Assembly (NCBI RefSeq): GCF_009914755.1
Contig: NC_060933.1
Strand: one strand, 5' to 3'
DNA: 64,000 bases
From: the human T2T-CHM13v2.0 reference genome, Homo sapiens
Under the pieces are notes generated by a model. The model was given only the letters and a program-made list of their open reading frames with translations, ran no database searches and was not told the origin of the DNA. The number at the start of each line of letters is the position of its first letter. Position 1 is the stretch's first letter. This document shows positions 17,972-32,593 of this stretch, piece by piece. The translations under genes were made by a program, and so were the position numbers.

Positions 17972-19475
17972 CTACCCTCTGATTGGTTCTGTGCAGAATA
18001 GAGACTCACATTTAAATGAATAAGCCAAGTTAAAACTTTCCATCCTGGAACAAAGCAAAAGGAAAGCCTCTTTATGTTGCAGGGACTATAGATGCCACGG
18101 GCTGAGCCTGTCCCAAAGCTTCCCTCCACTGCTCAAAAACTAAGCCATCTTGCTGCGTTTAGCACTTCTCACCAGACCACCCACCCAGACACGGATACAC
18201 AAACCACATGTGTGAGGAATGCTGTTCGGCTAGGAAATCAGTATCAGTATTTCAACCTTGTTACTTGCACAGACGGCCCTTTTAGTGCGACTCATTTGTT
18301 TTATCTTTTCAATAGCTTTGATTATTTTCTTTTAATGGCCTGGATTTATCCTTTTCTACCCTTTTGAAGCCTCAGAACTCTGTGGTGGGGACTGCATGGG
18401 GTGGGAGACATGACTACATGATTAAGGGGAAAATGAGCAAATAACGTTGTCTTTACTCACCATCTATCTCCCACTCCTTGTGGGCACCTCCCATTCCATG
18501 CGGACTGCCGAGTGCCCTAGTAGTCACCCTGAATTGTTATAAAAGTGGACTCAAGGAGCCTTCTCATTCAGGTCGAAGACTATTTGTGCTGTTATTTAAG
18601 AGCCATAGGGCCCAGTTATCATTATCAGAGTGTTTTCTGGTTTGTGCCGTATATTTCTCTCACTAGCTCCTAGGGACCACATTGGTTACCCTTCTTTAAT
18701 TAAGGGGAAATTAAGACCAAGAGGCTAAGCTGAGAGCCAAAGGCAATTTAACAACCTCTGGAAAAAATTGGAAACGCCTCTACAGAAGGGGACCGCATAA
18801 ACAGGAAGGTATGGATACTATTACCTGGCAGAGAAAGCAGAAGCTTTGAAATGTGCTCCGTGTTTTCTATTTGGGTGGTATCCCTGGCAAGGAAACCAAT
18901 AAAATACCCTTAGTTGTTCTACTAATCAGAATAAAACAAGACCACTAGTTTTGGAGACTTATTTCCCTGAATTAGCAACCAGAGAGGTCTGGGGGTCAGG
19001 CTTGGTTATCTGTCATCTCTCTCCAGGTTTCCTTGCATATCGAAATGGGGCCATAAATTGGAGAGACAGGAAACAAATTATTGGGGAAAACCATGTGGTG
19101 CAGTGCACCCCTGGGTGAGTGTGCTTCAGCAGGGCCTGGGGCTGATCTTGACCCTTTCTATACAGTGGAGAAGGTGTAAGGCCATTATTTTAAATAAAAT
19201 TGAGTATCTATGCCACAACAAGGGAACAGATTAGTCCAATCCAAGTATGGTCATTAGAAAGTTCTACTGCCACCCCAACCCATCTGGGACTGATGCTTCC
19301 ACACCTAAACTCAGTTTCGGGTTGATAAGAGACAAAGCAGTCCCCTCTAATCCCCTAAATGGCTTGTCAGCCTGAATGAAGATAAAGTCAGTTTCTCAAA
19401 TTTGATGTAAATCTCCTTACTATTAAGTAAGAGCATCACATCCAATTCCTTGGTTATTTACCAAACTGAATGTAT

Positions 19476-19481
19476 TTTATT
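19476..19481 (-). terminator. Candidate distal polyadenylation signal AATAAA of MLLT3
   Basis: Plus-strand TTTATT at 19476-19481, at the end of the repeat-free UTR-like block. Confidence 0.6.
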
Positions 19482-20966
19482 CTCTTTGTTGTAGTAGTTG
19501 TTCTCCTTCCTGTCTAATCAAGGTAGCAGTTCTTGCTGTGAAAGTAAATGCAGGGACTTTGTAAGATCGACTCTCTCTGGCTATAGCACATTGTTTCTGA
19601 ACAAAACCCTCCAAAGAAATAGGGGGGAAAGAAAAAATACCGGGCACACATAGCCCAGTTTATGCCAAAAAATGTATCCCACCACTTCTTGTTCCAATCT
19701 TTGCAGAGTTTTAAAAATATTATATATATACTGGCTTTAGGACACAGAAGATGGTGTTAGACATGAGGGACTCCTAAAATGAATGAGGCATGGACTCTCT
19801 GCCTTCAGCTGGTTTTGGACACATTGTCCTCTCTCTGGATGTCTCAGATCTCCCCATCTATTCTTCTTTAGAAACAGCATCACTTCTTGAGAAAAGGCTA
19901 GGGGCTAATTTTTCCTGTATGCAAAATAAAGCCAAACTTTGGTCAAATGACTCTCAGCAAATCAGTACAATTATACATTTTAAAAAAGGTGCTGAAACAG
20001 ATTATATGAGTTTAAGTAAAACACCTATTTCTATCAATCTGTACTTACATTTCAACATGGATTTTAGAGAAGGGAAATACATCTTACAGTGTGCCTTGAA
20101 TTCACACAAAAGCATGTACACATACACAATGTATCTTTCAACATAACTACACATACACAGTCCATTAAAAAGATACTGACAGATTTATAAAATGTATTGG
20201 CCTTGCACTGTTAATCTCAATAATACATTTTCACTTAATTTATTTTTGCACTGCATGGTAGCTCTGGCCACCATTAAGGATCTGTCAGCATTTCCATCAT
20301 AACTCTATTTTCAGAATACTGGAGTACAAGTGCCAAAATACACATTTACAGTTTACAGACAGCGGTGGCTTTGTCTTCCTTTTAAATTGACTTCTTCACT
20401 GCATCTTTACAAGGAATATTCAGGGATGGCAGTGCCTACATAATAAAAAGCATCATATAAAACAAAAGAGGTCAAAAGATGTAGACTTCCAGCCCGAGAC
20501 TAAACTAAACCATGGGAATTGACTCCTTAACATTCACTGCAGCTGTAGTAGTCTCTACATCATATTCATAGTTTTAGAGCAACAGTCCAAAGCAAGATTA
20601 CTCTGATAATATATATGTGTATATATATATATATATGTATATATAAATATAGGAGCAGTACATAGCATTAGTACACAAAACGCTAAAGGTGGAAAGTAAT
20701 AAGCATACAGCAAATTACTCCAGAGCAGATCACTTCTACAGTGACAAAAATAAACACGAGCCACCAAACAGACACTGACTGTTTCCAACACTGGACATCC
20801 AACTCCATTAAGTAGGCAAAGTTAAAACATTTAAGAGTAAAGTCTCTCTTAAACAAATATATTAACTACATTTGTGGAGCTTGAAGTAGTAAATAGGATG
20901 TTATACAGGCCTAAAATTGTTTCTTCTCTTTTTTTTAAAGATTAGGTGGGCCTGTAAAAGATATCG

Positions 20967-20968
<2 letters not shown>

Positions 20969-21000
<32 letters not shown>
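20969..21000. repeat. A32 homopolymer (U32 in the MLLT3 3'UTR)
   Basis: Directly visible; not attached to an Alu or L1 body. Confidence 0.97.
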
Positions 21001-21004
<4 letters not shown>

Positions 21005-24000
21005 GAAGAAACTTTTTAGTGGAAGAAAACCAATATTACTGGCTCTTTCCACCAAAAGGTGAATATTCAGATTAGAGAGATTTAAATTGCCTAGCAATTT
21101 AAAATGTTTAAGACACTCTCTTAAGAGATATTTTTTTCCTGATCTGAAGTTTTTATAGTCTTCCCTACCTTGACACTATATGAACGCATTTATAGACATA
21201 CCTATTTGTCTGTATTAAGATTGAGAGAGAGGCAGATTATGCTGAGGATGGTGAAGTAACTGCAAAATATTGTTGCTAACATGACTGTTACATCCGAAGA
21301 CAGAAGGAACCCCAAACCCACCAACACACATCCTGCTGCAAAACCAGAGGCAAAAGCTAAGTTATAAGGGGGCAGAGGGGCAGGAGCTCTGTACATATAT
21401 TTTTTCCCCTGGCTGATCACTGAGGAAAAATTTTTTAAAAGTTTATCATACTCTGGCTGGTTCAAACCATATTCACATTTACCCAATTAATTTTATTTGA
21501 AACATCTATTTATATATGTACACCAAAGAAATTAAACCCTGCCATTTTCCCTTTGTGCTTAAGAAACCAGAGCCACTGTTAGGGTACTCACATGTCAAAG
21601 ATATTCTTAATAGGCTTCAAAGTTGGGTGTATATAAATGTGACAGAACTGAAGGGGTTACTTTAAGAGAGGTATTAAAACTACTTGAAATTAATTCAAAG
21701 GGATCTTTTTATTTCTGTATTTAAAAATTAGATGAGAGCAAGATTACCACTTCAAAAAAAATAACGTAACTCTCAGTCTTAATTTTGTGAAAAACTTACT
21801 TTGCTATCTTGATGAGTAGAAGATGGATAAGTTTTTCTGAACTTTATCAATTTACAAACTTACATTTTAGGATATTCTGAAGAAATTAACTTTATTACCT
21901 AATTTTCAAGTCTAAAGTTTATCATATAATAGCTGTCCTTCTTATCATTATTTTTGTTTGGTCATTTCTTATCTTACCTAGCTTCTTGGTTAGTAACTTA
22001 AAGGAAAAAATTTTTACATTGGCAAATCATATTTTTTGCCCCACAATTTAGTTACAGAAATAAAAATGGCCCAAACTACATATATACGTTTCTAGTTAAA
22101 CTACACAGATATATTAAATCACATAAACTTCTGGCTTGATCAGAATATGTGTTAGCAGTTAGAAATTTTAAAATATTTTAAAAATTTGCAACATTTCCAT
22201 ATAAACATTACCCTCCCCTTCCAGCTATAAAGTTAAAAACAAAACGCAACTGAAACCACACAATTCATCAATCACCTAATGTCCAAAATGACTCAAAGTT
22301 TCTCTGCACATCAAGAAGTGGACAATACAACAAATGCTTCAAGTACGGTTCATGCCAATCGTCATTAAGAATCATAACATTATTGAGAAAGTACACTTGT
22401 CCTCTGGGAGGACGCTTCAGAGAAATAATTTACAAGGAGCATGGCTGTATTATAATTTTTTAAAGGAAAAATAGTTTCTTTGGATAGAAAGAAACAGTGT
22501 AAAAAATCCCCTTTTTAAAATGCAGAAATAACTCCATTATCAATCTGCATTTATATAACTGCCCAAAAGAATGGGTCTGGAAAGACCATTTTCTGTACAG
22601 ACACTAGTTAATCTCTGTATGAAAAGACAGCATCTGGCATGGGAACAAACAAGGGAGATACTGGTCTATTAGCACACATAGAGACTTTCTTAAGGCTGAT
22701 CCAGTGACGAACCTTTGGATCCAGAAGTATTTCTTCATTTCTCTTCTTTTCGGCTGAATTTCTAGTAAAAACTTTGAAGATGAGCTGTTCTTACTTTTCA
22801 TTTCTCCACTTATGGAGAAGATGGAATAATGACACCAAAAGTACTTTGGTTTTTTTCTTTTAAAAATAATTTGCTTTCTTTTGCATGCCACAGGACAGAT
22901 TTCTAGTTTCAAAACAAGGGTACAACAAGAACAAAAAAATCCCCCCATCCCCAACCGTCTTTCACCAATACAAGAAATCCTTCTGGAAATATTAGCAAGC
23001 AACTAAACAGGTATTGAACCACTGAATCTACAAGTTAATACATAATCTGTTATGGCAGAATAACCAAGAATTTTTCCCCAAAGAAAGATTTTAATTTTTT
23101 CAAATATAAAAGTGTCTAAGAGAATCATATGTGAACAAACAAAAATCTCTGATTCCAGATTTTTAGGATAAAGATGAGTAACACACTGGCAGCTGAAGAA
23201 AGCTGAAACTCTGACTAATAAATAGATCCAAATTAAGAATTTCTACAACAGTTTTTTTTTTTAGAAAACAGGACCAGAATTCTTTTTTTTTAAATGATGA
23301 TCCTGTGGAATGCCTTTACTTCCATATTCACCTAATATTGTAACAGTAAAACAGACACAAGAATGTTGATGACAGCTCAACAATGCTGGATTCAGGACAT
23401 TTACAGGTACACTTTTGTTTAAAAGTCCTACAAGTTTATTGACTAAGGCTAGACAGCAATTCATATGATCCTATTTGGTGCATTTTCTACCATGGTCCAA
23501 GATCATTACATGGATACAGCCAAGGACTGGGCCCCAACTTTCAGGAAAAAGACCACAAAGAAGAAAATCAAGGTGGCTATTTGGTCCCCCCAGTTGATAA
23601 TCTGTGTCCTGGAACTGGAAAAACAAAAGGTGGAAAATACAGACTGCAACGAGTTAAAGGACTTGGAAAAAGTTGGTGGAAAGTGGCACGGTATACGAGT
23701 AAGGTCACTGGGCTTGGGATGGCAAGGGTGCTGCATTGAAAGAGCATCCACGGGACCAAGTACTTATAATGTCTGATGGTGTCATTCCCTCAACGACTTA
23801 GAATATCTGTATGCGATAATAAATAGATCAGTTATGTAATAAGGCAGTGTGTTGAATATGCATTCGTCCTGTGGAATGAACCACCACAGAGAGATACATG
23901 ATACCATACACATTCTTTGAGTTTTCTTGTGTTGTGTTTGATTTGTTTGTTTTCAAGGCTATCCAGGCTAACTCTTCCCGGGGATTTCCTTGGAGAGAAG

Positions 24001-24228
24001 AGTGGTCCGCTGAGGCTGGTTTGCTTTAACCTCTCCTTTATCAAGAGATGATGACTGGCTTTAAAGAAAAATAAAGCTGAAGGTTGTTTGATTTTTATTT
24101 TTTCCCTTTTGGTTGCATCATTTTGAGTGTTTTCATATAAACAACAAGAACAAAAAATCACAACCAAAAAAAAAAAAAACCAAAAAAAAAAAACACAATA
24201 GTTCTTGATGCATCCAGTTGTTATATCC

Positions 24229-24360
24229 TCAGGATGTTCCAGATGTTTCCAGGTAACTCTGTAGTTTACGGACTGTGGTTTTGTCCAGCGAGCAAAGATC
24301 AAAATCAAATGTTGTGTTTGTGATATGAAAGTGTCCAGTTTCTTCTATAAGGTTCACGAT
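24229..24360 (-). CDS. MLLT3: MLLT3 terminal exon coding part, [43 protein letters not shown] (AHD C-part)
   Basis: Acceptor cttcactcctctag|ATCGTG; TGA stop at 24229-24231. The FDFDLCSLD motif is characteristic of the AF9/ENL ANC1-homology domain. Confidence 0.97.
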   Translation of the reverse strand: MVNLIEETGHFHITNTTFDFDLCSLDKTTVRKLQSYLETSGTS

Positions 24361-24924
24361 CTAGAGGAGTGAAGAAGAGAAAGTTTGGGCAATACGCAGC
24401 AAACATCAAAAGGCAAAGAGAGAGTAATGGAGGGGCGATCAAATATGGAATCAAGTGATAAATATTCGTATTTATAGCAACAAGGTCCCATACCATGAAT
24501 AGCATTAAACTGTCTCAGTCAACTTGATAAGTCAAAGGTATATTAAGCCTTAGAAATTCCCAGTGAGAACCTGTCTTGCTTTTCATACCCTTTAAACTGA
24601 TGTCTGCTTTCAAGTCATGAACAGAATATTTAACTGTGAGTGAGCAGTTAGGGGGAGATAGCATTTCAAGACTCCTTTAAAAATTAGTTACTGACTCAAT
24701 AGACAGTGATTATACTTAATAGACATAAGAAAAATCCAGCCGAGAAATAACAAAACTACTTTTACTTAAGTACAAACACATACACACACACACCCCTATA
24801 TAAAATCATTTTCCTTTATCATTATATAATTGTTAATAATTTGGAAAATACAGGAACTCCCAAAAAAAAAAAAAAAAAAAAAGGAAAAGAAAGAAACTGT
24901 CTACAATCCCACCCCCTTAACAGA

Positions 24925-25430
24925 TAGTGACCAGAGGGGGCTCAAGGGAGCCTTCTAGAGTACTGGAACTGTTTTGTTGTTTGACTTGGGTGCTAGTTAC
25001 ATAAGATGTTGTCACTTGGTGAAAATGTATCTACCTGAATGCTTTGTTATACTTTAACATAAAAATAAAAACATATTTATTACTTTTAGTTGTGTTCACT
25101 TGATTCCCCTGAATATTTTGGGGAGATTTTAAATATTTAAGGTATTCAATTAAATAGAAATATTATCTAGAAAAAGAAAGGATGCCTTTGTCTTGTCATT
25201 TGGAATAGTTATACCTCATTTCTTCTTGTATTGGCTCCAACTTTCAGAAAAATGTTAAATGACAGAGATGACGGTTACTATTACTCTTGCCCTGGCTTTC
25301 AGGAGAACACTTCTGAAGTCTCAACATTAAGAATGAAGGTGATGATTGGTTTGAGAGATTCTTTTACCATGTAAAGTATCTTCCCATTCCTATTCTACTA
25401 ATAATTTTATTGGACATGGATGCTGTATCT
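24925..25430. mobile_element. Old L1 (L1M-type) fragments in MLLT3 last intron
   Basis: tactggaactgttttgttgtttgacttgggtgctagttaca (L1ME 3'UTR-like) and ttggctccaactttcagaaaaatgttaaat..ttcccattcctatt (antisense L1 ORF2-like). Confidence 0.5.
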
Positions 25431-25959
25431 GGGCAGTGTATTGGGCACAGCGTTTTTTGGGGGAGGCAGCAAAGTTAGTATCAGGGCAATAAAAGAAAAT
25501 TTGCACAGAGTAAACAGCTGACAAACTTCTACCTGATTTGAGTTGTCTGTTATTCTCTTTCTATCACTTACCTCTGATTCTCTTTAGGTCAATAATCTTA
25601 AAAAAGAGAATAATTTTAATTATTGAGCCTATCATTTATTTAATGAAGTTTTAGATTACCTAATGCCACGCTGAGTAACAGCAGAACTGAAACTTTTAAC
25701 CTTCTCTTCTTACAATTAGCTTTCTTTTAAAAAATACAGTAAATTTGTGAACTACTCCCTATAGGTCAGTGGCTCTTAATAGAAAATGTGCTCCCCATTC
25801 CTGACATATTATTTGACTTTCACAGAAGCATGACATATTAACTCTCAATCCAATTAACTGCTCAACTCCAGATTGAGCTGTTATTGTCTTACCCAATCTC
25901 TGGAACTATTTTTTAGGGATATAACTACAGCCTTAATATTAAAATAAGCTACTCTCATA

Positions 25960-26460
25960 GTGGATGCAATAACAGATGCTGCAAACTAACTCCCTAATAT
26001 CGATTTATTCCTTAATTTTTTTTTATTAACGGAAGGCCGTTTTTCTGAGAGCTGCCCAACTACAATGTTTGCCTCCCCAGACCTACTTGCAGCACTTGTC
26101 AGATGCTGCTATTTACAATTTATTTGTCAGAACTCACTGTTTTCAGGAATATTTCTGAAAAGGGTATGGACAATGGGTATGCATCTTTTGCCTTCTTTCC
26201 TTCTTCCTGTGTGCAATGGGAATGCAGTGCTTGGAAGTGCAGCAGCTGTCTTCCCATTAAGAAGACGAATACAGCTTATGAAAGATGGAAGAAAAGAAAG
26301 ACAAGGAGCCTGTGTCATCAGTGGCATCTTTTAAGCCACTATCTCGACCACGGATTACTTACCTCCAGGCTTACTGTTATAGGTGGGGAGGGAGTCAGAA
26401 GAAAACCTTACTTGCTTAAACCACTAGACTCAAGGTTCTGTTACATGCATCAAGAAATTC
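25960..26460 (+). mobile_element. Old MaLR LTR (MLT1J/K/L-like)
   Basis: ttcttcctgtgtgcaatgggaatgcagtgcttggaagtgcagcagctgtctt, acaaggagcctgtgtcatc, ttacctccaggcttactgtta, cttgcttaaaccact. Confidence 0.6.
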
Positions 26461-26919
26461 TTAGAAGGAGTGTACCCAATTATGGTTAAAGTGCTACATT
26501 TATGTAAAAATGTATCCAACAAGATCTTATTAACACTAAAAGATCTAAAATGGACACACATTTGTTTTATTAGTTATTAGTAACAGAACTTTCAAGAAGT
26601 CTTCCACACATATCCACACACATACAGAAACACAAACACACAGCTATGCCCACAGAGGCTTTTCATGTCAATCATATACTTACTATATAATTAAGATCAA
26701 TTGAACTAAGACTATGTATTTTCTGGAATAATTTTTTTTTGCCATTTTGTGCAAAAATACTATGAATCTAGTGAAAATGTGTAAATTTCAGGATGGAAAC
26801 AAGTAGTCTCTTTAGAGCTATTATAATTTCAAATTTATGCAATGGAGGCAAATAACAAGCTGACCAGAATTTGACTCCTTTCCTCAGCGAGCTGCCCAGT
26901 AGGTAATTGACAAAGCATT

Positions 26920-27125
26920 CAGAATAGAGTTCTGGATCTGGCATATCAAGTTCTGACTCTGCAAACTTTTTCAATGGTATTAGACAGAACATCATAACCT
27001 TTGAGCCTCAGTTTCCTCATCTGGAAAATGAGAGTAATGCTACCTGTTCTACTTGTACAAGTTTGGGCAGATGATCAAATAAGGTATCATAAATAAAGCT
27101 TCTTATAAATGGTAAATTGCTACCT
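26920..27125 (+). mobile_element. MIR SINE
   Basis: aacctttgagcctcagtttcctcatctggaaaatgagagtaatg core. Confidence 0.75.
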
Positions 27126-28099
27126 AAGTCAGGATAACATGATTATGATTACCTTATAAACTGATCCTTAATTATCTGGGAGGTGACTAAACTGCACATG
27201 AATTATAGACCTGATGCTTTTTCCTCTCGCCCCCAATGAGTGTTAGCCATTTCATTAGCACTAAAATAAATGAGGCAAGAAAATGCAGAAACTAAAACTC
27301 AGAAAGGCCGGCTTGAATTAAAAAAAAAAAATTGTAACTCATTCTTTTAAGAAAACAGTTTTCCACGACCCAATATAGTTGTTCCCTAATTATTTAATAA
27401 CAAATAGAAAACTGGGCAATAAAAAAATCCCTTCTAGAAAAAAAGCCACTTAATTTTAAAGCATATAAACACTTTTGCCCACTAGAAACGTCAGCCCGGG
27501 CATTTCTCATGCATTGTGCTATCTTGCAGATCTCCAGTACTTCCATCACCACCCGCTACCTCCTCTATCACCATGTTGTGCCCGGCCTGCAGCCACACAT
27601 GCACAACAATATAAAGGGGATCTGATAAATCTAACTAAATGAGCCCCACGTTTTTATGAGAGCCCACAAGAATACATCAAGGTAGATGCAGAGAAACAGC
27701 CTTAAAGTAGTAGCAGTGGCAGCAGCTGGGGAGTTGGGAATTATTTGCCAAAGGGAATGGCATTAATGATTTGAATTATTAGAGCATGTGCCCACATCCT
27801 CATTTAAGTAAGGGCTCCATAAAGAAAAATAAGTGTGCATTGCTTTCCAGGAATCCTGATAGTTAGAACGTCAGAAACAACATTAACATGCTTTATTCCA
27901 TTGACACAGGCCACAAAGCCTGAACACACCCCATGAGTGCCTGAAGAACTCCACTGTGCCTTTCTACAGGAATACCCTCTTTGCTGATGCAGTGTGGCTT
28001 GACCTTGACGTCATTACTCTGCATCATAGTGCAATAATTAACGTCTGTCCAAAATAATAATAATAGTAGATAGAGTGACTGCAGATAAGAAAAACAGGC

Positions 28100-28457
<358 letters not shown>

Positions 28458-31310
28458 TCATTCTTCAGATGATGGTTGTTGTGAAAACATTCATGATGGA
28501 TTATTTCCTGCCACATCAGCCTTTCAAGCGGTACTACGCAGGCTGTTGGATGTCTCATTTTGTTTTAAACAGGGTAAGATCCACTTGTCAGATCTGTGGC
28601 TCCCTTCCCCAATTTTTAATTATAAAAAGGTAAATGCATTGATTTTGGTCTGATTATAATTTCAAAAACCAGGGTTCTTTCCATGTGAAGCAGCCTCTTC
28701 GCTGTGTGGGGAGTAATGAACAGGCCTTACTTTAACTGCTTCTCTATGGAGTAGAGCCAGATCTGGGATAACATAGGTCTTCCCATAGAATGGCCTCTAC
28801 TATGGTCTGGAAAGCACGGACAACCACCACATAAAAATGTGTGCCCTACCCTTGGTTAAGGGATAGGCCATCAGGCTCCAATCTACAAGGGGTGCTGAGA
28901 TATGACAAGTAATTTCCCAGGATGGAGAACATCATTTTCATCAGAACATTTCTCAGGGAGGGTTCTCTGGGTTCTTAGAAGGAATATTCTAATACGCCAC
29001 AGATTCCCCATTCCCTGCAGACAATTCGAAAAGAATGACGGCTGGCTTCTAAATTGCTAAACTACTCTCTTAGGAAACCTGGTTTCCCACAGAGTTTTCT
29101 TCCCCCAGACGTGGATGCAAATCCAGGCTTAGAGCTGAATTGCTGGGGAGGTTACATATGTTCAATCTCACTTTCCAAATAAATGTGGAACATGTGGTTT
29201 AAAGAGCAATCAAATTATTCATCAGTCCTAGGTAATCACTTCTCTTGGTTTGACTGTGTCTACTCTACTGTATTTATACCCTTTGAAAAAGTGGCTTAGG
29301 AACACAGGCTCCTTGATCCAATGCTGTCTGTTCATTAAACTAGCTGCCGAGTGCCAGGACTGCATGCCCCCAGAGGAAAACAAAGTTATTAACCGCTTTT
29401 TGTGAGCCAAATAAAATCGTCAGGCCAGATTTTTGGATAGGATGCATTTAACAGGAAAGGACCTAGATGTGATCCTGGGCCCACCAGAAATTCTGCTTCA
29501 GGTGTTCAAGTCTGCACGGCAGAGAATACGTAGACTTTGTGGAATGAATTCCATGAGATGAGCAGCCCTCAAGGTGGAGAATAACATTAGTCCTCAATAG
29601 TGCTATGTTTTACAAAAGGAATTAATTAAGCAGTAAACCGTGACAGGACATGCATCATGGTATCATAATCACAAGCCTCAGCTGCATTACAAGGCAAAAG
29701 GCCAAAGACTGAGAGCTTTCAACCGGCCTGGGAATGCAATTAGGGTGAAATGCTGTGTGCCCTGGAGTGCCTTTATGCCAGGTTAAAAATTCACAGATAT
29801 TACTCTCTCCCTCTAGAATACTAAAATAATCCACTTGGATGGAGTTCTCCAGTAAGCCACCTTTCTTCGCAATTCTTATAAGGTCAAAATAAAGGACAAC
29901 ATTAAATTGCGAATGCCAATGACACCCCAAGGTAAGATCTGCCCAATGGCCTAGTATCCTTGACTAACTGATAGGGCTTTCTTTGTGAAGATGTCCCAAC
30001 CCTGCACAAACATCTGTCCCACCCTCCTATGAGACTCACTATTTGGGCCCAGCTTGGGCATTAATAGCTTTATTGGACAATTGCTCCACAGTGGTTCAGA
30101 GCTGGTGTTTGGGAAGAGACGAGAAAGATCATGCAATAGATCTGCAATCAGCATTATGCCAGCCCCAAATATTTGGAAAATGACAGGTAAAACAACGTTC
30201 GGTTCTTCAAAAGAGGCCTAAGAAGAATATTAGCAAAGTACTAGACCACCACTCATGGTAGGCCACTTAAGTCCTGCTTCCTTACCCATACTAACTAAAA
30301 AGAAACTGCAAGAAATGCAACTTATCTGCAATTAAGAATCATAGGTCTGTAGTCTTTTGTTCAAATCTAAAATTCTACAAGGGTTAAAAAGCTTATCAGG
30401 CCAGTCAGGAAACTTGGCAAGTTTGAGAGTATATATTTATAGATGTAAGCAAAAATGTACACAGAATATAAATGTGACCACCAGCCATTAAATGTTAAAA
30501 AAAAAAAAAAAAACCCACACACAGCTGGGGTAGATTAAGTACTAACGTCAAGTCATTTGAAAGTAGTAAAAAAAAAAAGAAGAAAAAAATTCAAACAGCG
30601 AAACAATCTACATGTCTGCCCTGGAATTTAGAACACACATTCTTCTCTTTGGGTGTTAAAAAAAATTACCAATAGCTGCTGGTAGTGCAACAGAGGCATA
30701 CATCATTAACTGAATGAAAATGAAAAACCACCCTTCTTATCTTCTCAAAACATCAAATTATACTAATAGAAGTTTCCCCACTCTACAAGTATTCCACTAC
30801 AAGTATTCCACAGTTGAGTTCATAATAATAGAATGTATGTCATACAAGATAAGGGAAATGAAGAAAATATTTATTTTCCTTAGAATATCATTGGCAAAGG
30901 TTACTAAATTGAATCACAAATGTTTACAACACTTGACTCAAATTCTTATCACTGTTTTCCCATGAAACCAGAAGCCTGGCCCCAAAGCTTTTTGCATTTC
31001 TACTGTCCCCTCCCTGAGCCCACATTACACCAGCCATCTGAGGGATCACTACAATCCAGTATCACTTCCCAAATTGCCCAGTTCTCACCATCCACTGCAC
31101 TAGAGGAGGGAGAACAGTTGCCATAGAGCTCCAGAGCAGACTTCTAGGTGGCCTCAGAAATGAGAACCTTTCCCAAATACATCTACAGGTGGCATTCGCC
31201 AGGTTCTGATAGCGTGGGGCTGCAGTGGCCTCCAGGTGCTATCACACTACTGCAGGACAAACCAAGTCTTGAAGTTTCTGGAAAGGGTTGTGCTAAAAAG
31301 CATTTCTCAC

Positions 31311-31382
31311 CTGCTGCAGAATGTGTCTTTCTCTCAATGTCATTAACCTTCTGTGAAGCTCTACCAGTTCATCTAGGTATGC
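31311..31382 (-). CDS. MLLT3: MLLT3 coding exon 10, 72 nt, AYLDELVELHRRLMTLRERHILQQ (AHD N-part)
   Basis: Acceptor ttcttctctttcag|GCA and donor CAGCAG|gtgaga. The peptide is visible in ORF 31293..31532; phase 0-0. Confidence 0.97.
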
Positions 31383-32593
31383 CTGAAAGAGAAGAATGTC
31401 CCCGAAAAGGACAAGCACTTTAAGTAGTAGTTCAAAAATAAATGAATATGTAAGTAAGAACACACAGGCAGCAGCAGCTGGAGGTTTCTCATTACACCAC
31501 TCTAGCCCAGGCTGTGTGCACTCAGTGCCCAAAGGCCTCTGCAGAACAAGCCTGTCTTGGACCAGTCATTACCTTTATCACACCAACTTCAAAAAGGGAG
31601 TTGGAGTGAATTCTTGGACTTAATTGCTCTTATGAAGATTCAAGTCAGTAGACTCACTTTCCTCCAACAATATCTCTACAAAAGGTAGGGAAATTAAATG
31701 CTAAATTGTGAGTTTAAACATATTAACAAAGGCTACTTTCATTTTTTTTTCATTCTTGAATCTCAGAAGGTTTCTAAGAGAAAAAAATTCTAAGTTTGAA
31801 CATGGAAACAAGAATGTACATTACCAATTAAGTCAGGGGAATTTTGTGGGGTTTTTCCTGTTTGTTTTGTTTTTGTTTTAAAAAGGCTTCCTGGTCATAC
31901 CAAACATTGCTAGTAAGCAATGCCAGCAAGTGACAGAAGAACAGAAGAATGTATTACGAAAAACAGGGATCACTATCTAATTATCATCTGATTTGTGAAG
32001 AGCTCCCCTGAAAGGGGAGAGGGGGTACCTCTCTTTCCATATGCTCAGACTCACGAGTCTTTGTTAGTGTAACTGCATGGGTGCCCCCAGCACCATTTGC
32101 GATAAAGGCAAATGAAAGATTTGTGAAACATTACAGAGGTCTGCCCTGGCCCTACAGAGCAAGGTTAGGGCTCTGCCCAAACCAGGCAACTTAACCCCAC
32201 CAGGTGTTGTAGTCAGGTTTCAGAAGCATGACGCACACTCTGGGAAAGCACACTGCACTAGCATCAGATGTCTTGCTCATCTACATCTGAGATTCCTTAA
32301 TATTCTATCTCTACCACAATTCTCTTAATTCCCAATTCAATGTGCCTGAAATCCCTTGGCAACGTAGGCATCATGGCAAATGACAGCATAAGGCCAAGCT
32401 TAATACTGAAGATATAAACAACACATGGAAAACAAACTACAAAGCACTGGGATGAAATACTCATCATTTGGGCATCTTGGACACTTTGATGAAGAAAATG
32501 AAAGGAGAACCAGCAAGGATGATCAAGGGCAACACAAAGAAACGGAAGGCTTGTCAGTGTTGGAGCCCTCCTAGTAACAGACTAGAAACCTAC

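Larger units (their letters stand above)
19455..24228 (-). other. MLLT3: MLLT3 long 3'UTR (~4.8 kb; distal end approximate)
   Basis: AU-rich stretch free of recognisable interspersed repeats after the stop codon, ending ~20 nt past a minus-strand AATAAA. Further AATAAA hexamers lie within it. Confidence 0.7.

Noticed and set aside
17769-18129. CVCVCV ORFs
   Set aside because: Translation of the (TG)n microsatellite.
23832-24308. 158-aa minus-strand ORF overlapping the MLLT3 stop
   Set aside because: Alternative frame of the last exon running into low-complexity UTR; non-ATG start and no domain.
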